Source of the DNA: an uncultured Verrucomicrobiaceae bacterium
GTDB taxonomy: Bacteria; Pseudomonadota; Gammaproteobacteria; Pseudomonadales; CAMLJR01
DNA length: 64,000 nt
Reading direction: 5' to 3'
Assembly: GCA_964631955.1 (NCBI GenBank)
Contig: CAZWBA010000003.1
Location: 2,344-66,343, forward strand
Shown: piece by piece, positions 52,197 through 59,974 of the stretch
Position numbering within the stretch: the stretch's first letter is position 1
How the letters are laid out: every line of letters begins with the position of its first letter
Translations under genes and position numbers: made by a program
The notes under the pieces: generated by a model
Database searches by the model: none
What the model was told of the DNA's origin: nothing
Seen by the model: only the letters and a program-made list of their open reading frames with translations

Positions 52197-53234
52197 ATGC
52201 CGAAAAATCGCGATGCGATAGGAACCCCGTCAGTAATACGGGGTGAAAGTCCAGCCGGGGAAGTGCGAATCGATACGCTGTCCTTCACGTTGCTTAAGTC
52301 GAAGCTCGAAATGATCGTTGGCAGCGTGTCGGGCTGGACACAAACCTCAGAAGAAATGCTTTTTTCTTTTCAGAAGTTTTTGAATTTTGTTTTCGGTGCT
52401 CACGTTTTTAAAGTCGGTACTGAAATTAAGGGCGGTCGTAATTTTTTCAATCATTCGATTCAGCTCGAAAATAAAGCCGGATTTATAGCTTTTGGTGGCA
52501 ATAACAAAGTTATGGATTTCGACGGCGAAACAACGCGCGTTGTTGAAGAGCGTGTTCAGGTTTATTTGCCCGGTGAAGGTTGCATGCAGGTGCCGGATTG
52601 GCGGCGCGTCCATGATCGATTGAAAAAGCTGGATGCCCGCATCACTCGCGTCGATCCGTGCTTTGACGATCACGAAGGCGCAACCAATATTCAACAAATT
52701 CGCGCATGGTTTACGGGTGGATTATTCGAAGGTCAGGGGCGGCCGCCGAAAGCAAAATTTATCGATGACTGCGGTTCGGATAAGGGCTGCACTTTTTACG
52801 TAGGTTCTCGTGAAAATGGCAAACAATATCGCGGCTATGAAAAAGGAAAACAGCTTGGTGATCCATTGTCACCGTGGATTCGTCATGAGGTCGAAATACA
52901 CGCGACGGATCGAGAAATTCCACTTGCAATCTTGGTCGAACCGGGCAAGTTTTTGGCGGGGACATATAACGCGCTCGCATGGATATCCACTATTGCGGAA
53001 AAGATTAAAACTGCGCGCTTAAAGCTCGATATTCAATATTTAAAACTGCGCAAAATCATGCGCACGCAATACGGCAAGCTTCTGAATTTTGCATATCACA
53101 ATATCACGCAAGATTTTGAGGCGTTGTTTTACGAATTTTTAAATCCGGTTGGATTTCCCGACCGTCTCAAATGGGCTGCTGCCCCACAACCTAAAGAGGT
53201 GTTAAATCATGTTGCTGCTCAAAGGCATCGTTAA
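52197..53234 (+). CDS. Rolling-circle replication initiation protein (Rep_trans / RstA-like)
   Basis: ITRVDPCFDD, YVGSRENGKQYRGYEKGKQLG and WIRHEVEIH match the pattern of filamentous-phage replication initiators. ATG at 52197; the track ORF opens at 52179. Confidence 0.75.
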   Translation: MPKNRDAIGTPSVIRGESPAGEVRIDTLSFTLLKSKLEMIVGSVSGWTQTSEEMLFSFQKFLNFVFGAHVFKVGTEIKGGRNFFNHSIQLENKAGFIAFGGNNKVMDFDGETTRVVEERVQVYLPGEGCMQVPDWRRVHDRLKKLDARITRVDPCFDDHEGATNIQQIRAWFTGGLFEGQGRPPKAKFIDDCGSDKGCTFYVGSRENGKQYRGYEKGKQLGDPLSPWIRHEVEIHATDREIPLAILVEPGKFLAGTYNALAWISTIAEKIKTARLKLDIQYLKLRKIMRTQYGKLLNFAYHNITQDFEALFYEFLNPVGFPDRLKWAAAPQPKEVLNHVAAQRHR

Positions 53235-53556
53235 AGGCGTTCGTGTCGAGGAAGGCAAAGTAAATACTCAAACCGGGCAGATTACTGTGAAGCATTTTGT
53301 CGGTATTGCCTCTCCGAAGTCTGGCGGATATGACGGCGAAGAAATTATTACTGAGCTGCGTGTTTCTGCAAAACAATTGCAAACGGGTCTTGGCGCGTTT
53401 TACGAATCATTGCGCGGTCAGGAAGTTGTTGTGCCGGTTTTCCCGCAATCGCGTGCGTATAAGGATCGGGTTTATACGGACTGGTATTTTTCGAATGATG
53501 GAAAGCCTTTGCAGTTGGATCGCCAGGCTAAACCGTCTGTGTCAGCTGCAAAATAA
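53209..53556 (+). CDS. Putative ssDNA-binding protein (gene V position)
   Basis: 115 aa, immediately after rep and overlapping it, preceded by AGAGG. Size and position match inovirus gene V/RstB-slot proteins. No diagnostic motif was recognised. Confidence 0.45.
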   Translation: MLLLKGIVKGVRVEEGKVNTQTGQITVKHFVGIASPKSGGYDGEEIITELRVSAKQLQTGLGAFYESLRGQEVVVPVFPQSRAYKDRVYTDWYFSNDGKPLQLDRQAKPSVSAAK

Positions 53557-53559
53557 ATC

Positions 53560-53778
53560 GTGGCCGGTTTATCACTTTATTGCGCTGGTGTTATCGACAC
53601 CGAAGCGCTCACGTGTTCGTCAGGGTGGCAGCAGATTGTTGCGCAGCCCCCTTTCGATCCGTCACAGCTCGATCCCGCGCAAGTTGTGGCGTATTTATCC
53701 TCTGGACTATTTGCAGGAACCACGGTTTTTGCAGCGGTCTGGTCAGCGCGGATTCTCCTTAATTTTCTGAAGAGGTAA
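53560..53778 (+). CDS. Small phage membrane protein (72 aa)
   Basis: GTG start 4 nt after the previous stop. C-terminal hydrophobic helix VVAYLSSGLFAGTTVFAAVW followed by basic residues. Confidence 0.4.
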   Translation: MAGLSLYCAGVIDTEALTCSSGWQQIVAQPPFDPSQLDPAQVVAYLSSGLFAGTTVFAAVWSARILLNFLKR

Positions 53779-53783
53779 TTAAA

Positions 53784-53912
53784 ATGGCATGGGTTGCAGA
53801 TGTTGATTTCGCAGCAGTTGTAACGGCGATTGGTACTCTCGCTGGCGCTCTGGCGGTCGTTTATGTCGCTATCAAGGGCGCAAAGATTGGTCTCAGTTTC
53901 ATTCGTGGCTAA
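53784..53912 (+). CDS. Major coat protein (42 aa, leaderless, Pf3-like organisation)
   Basis: Manual translation gives MAWVADVDFAAVVTAIGTLAGALAVVYVAIKGAKIGLSFIRG: acidic N-terminus, hydrophobic core, basic C-terminus. AGAGG RBS upstream and a hairpin downstream. Below the ORF-track cut-off. Confidence 0.7.
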   Translation: MAWVADVDFAAVVTAIGTLAGALAVVYVAIKGAKIGLSFIRG

Positions 53913-53920
53913 TCGGGATA

Positions 53921-53945
53921 GGGCCGGATTTCCGGCCCGATCTTT
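53921..53945 (+). terminator. Hairpin terminator/attenuator after the coat gene
   Basis: GGGCCGG-ATTT-CCGGCCC followed by GATCTTT. This position is typical of inoviruses, which over-express the coat gene. Confidence 0.55.
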
Positions 53946-53948
53946 ATC

Positions 53949-54026
53949 ATGGATCAAATTTATTATTTTTCATTTTTCGTTCTCGGTTTAGTTTCCGCGT
54001 ATCAATTATTTTTCGGGCGTTCGTGA
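53949..54026 (+). CDS. Possible 25-aa hydrophobic minor virion protein
   Basis: MDQIYYFSFFVLGLVSAYQLFFGRS. The stop overlaps the next gene's start (GTGATG). No clear RBS. Confidence 0.25.
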   Translation: MDQIYYFSFFVLGLVSAYQLFFGRS

Positions 54027-55480
54027 TGCTCCGTTTTTTTCTGATCGTGCTGCTCGCTGTTTTTTCGTTTGATGCCGTTGCTGGTTATAAAGTTGAGACA
54101 ACTCAGGGCTGTTTTGAAACGCGTGAAGAGGCCTGCGGAACTGGTGCAATTGTTTATGGCGCTGGTGGGTATGCCGTGCAAATTACTGGTGTCGGTTTCC
54201 AAATCTATCGGTGTAATGCTGTTTGGCTTGAAGGGCCTAATCAGGGCTATGAGCGTACGTTTACGTTACTTAGTTGCTCTACGTCTTGTCCTGCGGGTGA
54301 GCAGCGATATAACGGTATATGTGCTGCGCCTGTGTCATGTAATGGCGGCACGGTCGACGCGAATAATGTTTGTCAGTGTCCGTCCGGTCAGTCTGTTGTT
54401 AATGGTCAATGTCTAGATGATTGTGAAGAGGGCGCATCTCGCGGAAATGGCGATAAAGCTTACTCTCTGCGTACTGGTGTTAGCCTTTCGAATGAATGTC
54501 GTTCGTTGTCAGGCCAGTGTGCTGCGCAAGCGTCCGCTGGTGGTTCTTTCGGCTCTGCGAAATTGTTGACATCGTTGCTTGGTTGCGGCGTTTCTTGTCA
54601 GCTTTCTGTTTCTGGTGATTTTAAATATGCGTGTAAATACACTGGTGGAGTACCAGAAGCTTATACATGCATTGGTGATGAAATTTCTTGCGGTAAGGCG
54701 GTCGGGAGTAATGTGCCCGAATCACAAAATACGAATGTAACTGCTCCTGAGAACGGCTCTTGTCCTGCGGGTACTTCGGCGGGTACGGTGAATGGTCAGC
54801 CTTATTGCGCATCGTCGGCTAATACAAACATTTCAAATAGTGGTAATACTGGCCAGAATCCAAACGGCTCCACTACTGAGGTTGAAACGACTATTACGCA
54901 AACCGCTACTAATCCTGACGGCTCGACGTCGACTACAACAATTACAACACGTAGCGGTGCTGTCGGTACGTCGTCTAATCCCAGTGTTGTAAAAATCGAT
55001 CCTAATTCGGTTTCTAACGTATCGATTAAGGGGTCCGGAAATTGTGACCCTACTAAATCCGATTATGCGCAATGTATTGGAATGCCGAGCGGCTCAGGTT
55101 CTGGCAGTGGAACAGGTGATGGTGATGGTGACGGCGATGGTGAGGGTGGTGAGTGCGATCCAGAATCGTCAGACTATTTACAGTGTTTGGCCGGCGAACA
55201 ATCAGCATATGGAGATTTCGGTAACGGCGAAAAGACGTTGCAAACAGTTGCCGATAATTTTTATACCGGTGTTGAAGAAAGCTCTATCGGTCAATTAGCG
55301 AGTTCCATTTCCGGTGGTCTGCCGGCTGGTTCGTGTCCGGTTGTAAATTTCGAAATGTTTGGTCGAAATTTTACAATGGATTTCTGGTGCGAAATTTACA
55401 GTGATAATGGCGACGTTATTTCTACGGTTGCCCGCGCTGGCTGGGTGTTAATGGGCATTCTGATTATTCTTGGTGCTTGA
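54023..55480 (+). CDS. Adsorption / minor coat protein (pIII analogue)
   Basis: Signal peptide MMLRFFLIVLLAVFSFDAVA, Cys-rich N-terminal domains, S/T/N-rich region, linker GSGSGSGTGDGDGDGDGEGGE, and a C-terminal anchor AGWVLMGILIILGA. Confidence 0.75.
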   Translation: MMLRFFLIVLLAVFSFDAVAGYKVETTQGCFETREEACGTGAIVYGAGGYAVQITGVGFQIYRCNAVWLEGPNQGYERTFTLLSCSTSCPAGEQRYNGICAAPVSCNGGTVDANNVCQCPSGQSVVNGQCLDDCEEGASRGNGDKAYSLRTGVSLSNECRSLSGQCAAQASAGGSFGSAKLLTSLLGCGVSCQLSVSGDFKYACKYTGGVPEAYTCIGDEISCGKAVGSNVPESQNTNVTAPENGSCPAGTSAGTVNGQPYCASSANTNISNSGNTGQNPNGSTTEVETTITQTATNPDGSTSTTTITTRSGAVGTSSNPSVVKIDPNSVSNVSIKGSGNCDPTKSDYAQCIGMPSGSGSGSGTGDGDGDGDGEGGECDPESSDYLQCLAGEQSAYGDFGNGEKTLQTVADNFYTGVEESSIGQLASSISGGLPAGSCPVVNFEMFGRNFTMDFWCEIYSDNGDVISTVARAGWVLMGILIILGA

Positions 55481-55776
55481 TTATGGCCGCTACGCAATGT
55501 GATTTATTAGATATTCCTTGTCATTACAACAATGGCATCGAAAAACTAAAAGATTTTGTGTTGTTTGTTTGGGATTGGATTCTCGACGGCGCGCTGTATT
55601 TGCTGAACTTGGTCCCTGTCCCTGAATGGGCTATTTCGCAGGGTGGTATTTTTGCGCAAGTGCCATCCGGCGTGGCTTTTTTCATGTCGATCTTTGAAAT
55701 TAATTTCGGGCTGAGTGTTCTTGCGTCGGCGTATTTAATTCGATTCATTATTCGTCGCTTGCCGGTGGTGGGGTAG
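55477..55776 (+). CDS. pVI-like minor coat membrane protein
   Basis: 99 aa with 2-3 hydrophobic helices. Lies between the pIII-like and Zot genes with overlapping stop/start codons. Confidence 0.55.
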   Translation: MIMAATQCDLLDIPCHYNNGIEKLKDFVLFVWDWILDGALYLLNLVPVPEWAISQGGIFAQVPSGVAFFMSIFEINFGLSVLASAYLIRFIIRRLPVVG

Positions 55777-55778
55777 TC

Positions 55779-56879
55779 ATGACGATATCGATTTATTCCG
55801 GTTTACCCGGATCGGGTAAAAGCTACACTGTCGTTTCGAACGTTATAATTCCGGCGCTTAAAGAAAAGCGAAAAATATATACAAATATTCCGCTTGATCT
55901 TGATTCGATTAAATCCGAATACGGACAGGATGTTTTTCAGTTTGAAACGCGGGATATTATTGATAATCCGCGATGGTTCGATGAGGTTTTGCCGGCTGGT
56001 GCGCTGATCGTTCTTGATGAGGCTTGGCGCTTGTGGCCTTCCGGTCTTAAAGCGAATCGTGTTGAGGAATCTCATAAAGCTTTCCTTGCTGAGCATCGTC
56101 ACAGGGTTGGCGCTGATAATCGATCGACCGAAATTGTTTTAGTTTCTCAGGATGCCGCGCAGCTCGCGGCATTTGTGCGCCAGCTCATTGAAAAAACATA
56201 TCGAGCTAAAAAGCTCGATGTGGTAGGTCAGGCGAAAAAATATCGGCTAGATATTTATGAGGGCGCTGTTACTGGGGCAAACCCGCCGCTTGATAAACGT
56301 GTTAGGGAAATTTATGGTGAATATAAGCCGGAAATTTATAGACTCTATAAATCCCATACGCAATCGCAGACGGGCGAGGCTGGAAATGAAGAAAGAGCGG
56401 ATAATCGCGCAAATGTTCTCAAGGGCGGCACGTTCAAAGCAATACTTGTTGCTATTGTCGTGCTTCCTGTGCTGGTGTTTTTTGGTGCTCGTCAAACGTA
56501 TAAAAATTATCATCCGGAAGAAACGAAAATCGAGGCAGCGCAAAATTCGGATTTGCAATTGCAGCAACAACCTGTTGAGCCGCGCAAGCCTAAGAATAAA
56601 TTCTTCGATGGCAAGAATGTTCGGATTGTTTACAACAACACCAGCGCGCAAACGGTAGATTATCGAGTTGAAGTTAAAGGCGATGGACAGCGTGTTGTTC
56701 TTGGGCTTAACGATCTTGCTCTTTTGGGTGTTGAGGTTTCTCCGATAAATGAATGTTTAATTAAATTAATCGGAGATGGTTTTGTGTTGTTTGTCATGTG
56801 CACTGATTACGAATATCGATCCACGTTCGCAAGGGTCGGCGACGGTATTACTGGCAAGGATTCAGCGGCATCAATGTGA
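55779..56879 (+). CDS. Zot / pI-like phage assembly ATPase
   Basis: Walker A at the extreme N-terminus (IYSGLPGSGKSY), LDEAW Walker B, and a central TM helix (FKAILVAIVVLPVLVFFGA). Confidence 0.85.
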   Translation: MTISIYSGLPGSGKSYTVVSNVIIPALKEKRKIYTNIPLDLDSIKSEYGQDVFQFETRDIIDNPRWFDEVLPAGALIVLDEAWRLWPSGLKANRVEESHKAFLAEHRHRVGADNRSTEIVLVSQDAAQLAAFVRQLIEKTYRAKKLDVVGQAKKYRLDIYEGAVTGANPPLDKRVREIYGEYKPEIYRLYKSHTQSQTGEAGNEERADNRANVLKGGTFKAILVAIVVLPVLVFFGARQTYKNYHPEETKIEAAQNSDLQLQQQPVEPRKPKNKFFDGKNVRIVYNNTSAQTVDYRVEVKGDGQRVVLGLNDLALLGVEVSPINECLIKLIGDGFVLFVMCTDYEYRSTFARVGDGITGKDSAASM

Positions 56880-56924
56880 CAATGCGCGGCTGCGGAGCGA
56901 GCCGTCGCATGTCACATCGATCTA

Positions 56925-57134
56925 TTATTTTTTCAATGCGGCGTAAATTATTGCTGTAAAAATGAGCCATAAAATCGTACTCGTTGCCGCGAGCGCAATT
57001 CCGCCAATGTAAACGCCTATGGCTATTTCTTTCCATGTGATTTGAGCTGCCTGACCAATTGCGATTGGTTTTTCTTTTTCGTTTTTTATAAATTCGCGTA
57101 GTTCGGCGATTGCTTGAAGGTTTTCTTCGTTCAT
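56925..57134 (-). CDS. Small antisense-oriented membrane protein (69 aa), prophage cargo slot
   Basis: GGAGA RBS 8 nt upstream. Charged helical N-terminus and a hydrophobic C-terminal region of about 30 residues (IAIGVYIGGIALAATSTILWLIFTAIIYAAL). Confidence 0.55.
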   Translation of the reverse strand: MNEENLQAIAELREFIKNEKEKPIAIGQAAQITWKEIAIGVYIGGIALAATSTILWLIFTAIIYAALKK

Positions 57135-57388
57135 TTTTTTCTCCGGCCTATCGATTGGACAAAGTGTAGGTCGTCAAGCTCGATCCGTCAGCTGCTTGCA
57201 GGTGATGGGCGGGCTTGATCAGTCTCCGGATTAAAAACGCTCATTGGCGGGGTGCCGGTGTCTTTTCGCCGGCATCCCTGCCTAGCGGCGAGCGTAATAG
57301 TGTTTTCTGTTGATTTAAGATCTTGTTCGATAGCGAAATCCTATTTTCTGACTATATTTTCTTGCGGGTCGTTGTTGGGATTTGGCTC

Positions 57389-58237
57389 ATGGATCGCTAT
57401 ACGTGGAATCAGGCCGCGCTCCGCTGGCTTCGGGAAAAATCGCATAAAGCGGATATAAAACACGATGGGGAAAAGCTCGCGTGGCTTGAAAATATACTTG
57501 GTGAATATTTTCTTGATGAGATAACGCGCGACGTTGTCGAGCGCGTCATTGAATTAAAAATTCAGACTTGTGCGGCTTCTACGGTGAATCGTTACCTTGC
57601 TTTGATTCGCGCAATTTTGCGCATGGCCCGAGATGACTGGGAATGGTTGCATCGCGTGCCGCGAATCCGAATGCTTAAAGAGCCGCCTGCACGTGTTCGG
57701 TGGCTCGCCCCATCTGACGCGGTCCGGTTGTTATGTGAGTTGCCGGATCATTTGCGTTCTATGGCGGTTTTCGCGCTGGCGACGGGTTTGCGGCAAAGCA
57801 ATGTGACGCGCTTGCGCTGGGAACAGGTAGATACTGCTCGATCGATGGCGTGGATACACGCCGAGCAATCCAAAAACCGAAAGTCTTTCCCGGTGCCGCT
57901 CAATGCTGACGCAATGGCTGTGATTCATGCGCAGCGCGGTCGGCATCGCGAATGGGTGTTTGTGTATAACGGGAAGCCGGTATCAAGGACCAGTACGAAG
58001 GCTTGGGCGAAGGCGAAAGAGCGCGCGGGGATTTCAGATTTTCGATGGCATGATCTGCGGCATACATGGGCGTCATGGCACGCCCAAAATGGTACGGGCT
58101 TGCGGGAATTAATGGAGTTGGGCAGCTGGTCGACTATGCAAATGGTGTTGCGCTATGCGCATTTGGGTGGCGAGCATTTGAAGCGGCCAGCGTCGCATAT
58201 TGAGGGTATTTTGTCGCGTGCCGGTCGATCTTCTTGA
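57389..58237 (+). CDS. Tyrosine recombinase / phage integrase
   Basis: ATGLRQSN (Arg I), WHDLRHTWAS (HxxR), GSWS, and VLRYAHL (catalytic Tyr). The stop codon lies inside the attR repeat. The track ORF opens at 57323. Confidence 0.9.
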   Translation: MDRYTWNQAALRWLREKSHKADIKHDGEKLAWLENILGEYFLDEITRDVVERVIELKIQTCAASTVNRYLALIRAILRMARDDWEWLHRVPRIRMLKEPPARVRWLAPSDAVRLLCELPDHLRSMAVFALATGLRQSNVTRLRWEQVDTARSMAWIHAEQSKNRKSFPVPLNADAMAVIHAQRGRHREWVFVYNGKPVSRTSTKAWAKAKERAGISDFRWHDLRHTWASWHAQNGTGLRELMELGSWSTMQMVLRYAHLGGEHLKRPASHIEGILSRAGRSS

Positions 58238-58279
58238 AAATCCTTGTGTCGGCAGTTCGATTCTGCCCCTGGGCACCAT
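58234..58279 (+). repeat. attR core (46 bp, partial tRNA-Phe copy)
   Basis: Identical to 51070-51115. Lacks the tRNA 5' half, so it is not a functional tRNA. Confidence 0.9.
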
Positions 58280-58287
58280 TCCCACCA

Positions 58288-59469
58288 CTACTCCTTGTCG
58301 TTTTTCTGATCCGATGCCTTCACATCGGTCGTATCGTTTTCGTTCACCACATCCTTCAAACTCACGCTGCGCTCAAGAGAACTTGAAAATGCATTAACAA
58401 ATGCGTTGCGCAGAATATTTACGATGGTTACCCATACATCCGCATCGGGGTTATCAATGGTGCCGCTGAAGGGAATTTGCGTCGCCAGCTGATCGTGCGG
58501 ATGATTCTTGAATATTGTTGCGGCGAGCTGCACCAGGCCGGTCCACATGCGATTGAAAATATTGCCCTGCTTATCGGGAGGTGTGACAACCTCGATCTCT
58601 TTGGCGACCGGTTTTACATAGCCCTTGAATTTTCCTTCCGCCGCAGCGAATTCAGTAAATACGGAAAACTGCCCCGACTCGGCGTTGACGCTGGCATACG
58701 TGTCGAGCCATGGATTCAATTCGGGCAATGACACGTCCTTCAGTTCAGCCGCCACCTCAAATGTGGGGACTTCGACAGCGGTATTCAATTTACCATCGAT
58801 GCGCAGTGCGCCTTTATCGAGTGCGCGGCCCTGCAAGTCGAAACTGGCAAAGGCATTGGGGTCGTCAGCGGGTAATGCGTTGGTGAGATTGCGTAGCGAG
58901 AAATGAATATCCCGCAATACCAATGCCTGCTCGCGCTCTATGCCCGGCGCCCGAAAACGCACGATGCAATTGTCGCCACGAATTTCGTTAAACGTGAATG
59001 GAAATAACTTTTGCAGTGATGCATTCCAGTTATTTTCATTACCCAACTGGCGCTGCGAGCCATCTTCACTCTGAATGAAGCTCAATTGGGCATGATGAAA
59101 ATATGCCTTCCCCACCACCGAACCGTGCCACAAAGCCCGCCACTGAATAGCCAGCTCCAAACGCTCGGCATCGAGAAACGGTTCATTCTTTGCTGCACCT
59201 TTCTTTTCGATAACGATATTTTCAATTGCGTAGGCACCACGCCATAACGCGATATGAATCTTATCGACATGACCCGTGTAGCTATCGAGATTTTGCAATT
59301 GCCTGTTGACGTAGCGCTCGACGAGGGTCGGCAAGGCCAGCCGAAAACATATCAGCAATACGAGAGCTACCGCCACGCCGATGAAAAACCTGTTACGCAG
59401 CAGCGAAGAAAGCGATCGTGAACGCCGTGGAGTTAGCGTCAAAGCAATACCCATGATTGTCGATGTCAC
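58288..59469 (-). CDS. DUF748-like (AsmA-related) membrane-anchored protein
   Basis: N-terminal TM helix followed by LPTLVERYVNRQLQNLDSYTGHVDKIHIALWRGAYAIENIVIEKK. The family is recalled from memory. Confidence 0.55.
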   Translation of the reverse strand: MTSTIMGIALTLTPRRSRSLSSLLRNRFFIGVAVALVLLICFRLALPTLVERYVNRQLQNLDSYTGHVDKIHIALWRGAYAIENIVIEKKGAAKNEPFLDAERLELAIQWRALWHGSVVGKAYFHHAQLSFIQSEDGSQRQLGNENNWNASLQKLFPFTFNEIRGDNCIVRFRAPGIEREQALVLRDIHFSLRNLTNALPADDPNAFASFDLQGRALDKGALRIDGKLNTAVEVPTFEVAAELKDVSLPELNPWLDTYASVNAESGQFSVFTEFAAAEGKFKGYVKPVAKEIEVVTPPDKQGNIFNRMWTGLVQLAATIFKNHPHDQLATQIPFSGTIDNPDADVWVTIVNILRNAFVNAFSSSLERSVSLKDVVNENDTTDVKASDQKNDKE

Positions 59470-59535
59470 TTACCATGACAATTTATGAAAACCGCCCGGT
59501 GCTTTATCAAAGCCTTCTTGCAAAAGACACAAATA

Positions 59536-59775
59536 CTATCGGTGATTGCCGAGCGGAACGTGTTGAGGATGCCGCAGCAATCTGCGATAACGACCGCGCA
59601 GCCGGAATATCTGCAACCCTGTCACTATCAACAATGCACTGCTCAAAACTGCCAGCAGCCCCTCGACATTCAGCCCTACCCAGCATCCCGCAGCGATGTA
59701 AATGAGCGGCAGCAACTCGTAAAGCCATGCCGGAGTGGTGATGTCGATTGTGTTTCCCACGCGATGGATGGACAT
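59536..59775 (-). CDS. Small hypothetical membrane protein
   Basis: ATG at 59775 gives 79 aa with two hydrophobic helices and a basic tail (RLRGRYRRLLRH). The track ORF extends to 59883. Confidence 0.4.
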   Translation of the reverse strand: MSIHRVGNTIDITTPAWLYELLPLIYIAAGCWVGLNVEGLLAVLSSALLIVTGLQIFRLRGRYRRLLRHPQHVPLGNHR

Positions 59776-59974
59776 GATGTCATTCTCGGTTTTCAGTCCT
59801 GAGGAACTCAGTTGAAGCAATAAGCAGACCTGAAACCGAAAATGCTTGCGGACCAACAGATTGGAAAAAATGACAGCCTTCACGATTTCCCCATCAGGAA
59901 AAAAGCCCGACAGTTTTACCGCCTCTGCGACATTTTTTCTGGAAAAACCCGCGTATTTTTTTCAGAACAAATGA

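Larger units (their letters stand above)
51070..58279 (+). mobile_element. Integrated filamentous (inovirus-type) prophage at tRNA-Phe, about 7.2 kb
   Basis: An exact 46-bp direct repeat sits at both ends. The gene modules are repressor / Rep / ssDNA-binding-position gene / small coats / pIII-like / pVI-like / Zot / integrase. The region is visibly AT-richer than the flanks, and core genes lie on both sides. Confidence 0.85.

Noticed and set aside
55087-55152. Repetitive GGT/GAT/GGC-rich DNA that could look like a short repeat array
   Set aside because: It is the in-frame Gly/Ser/Asp linker of the pIII-like protein, a standard feature of adsorption proteins.
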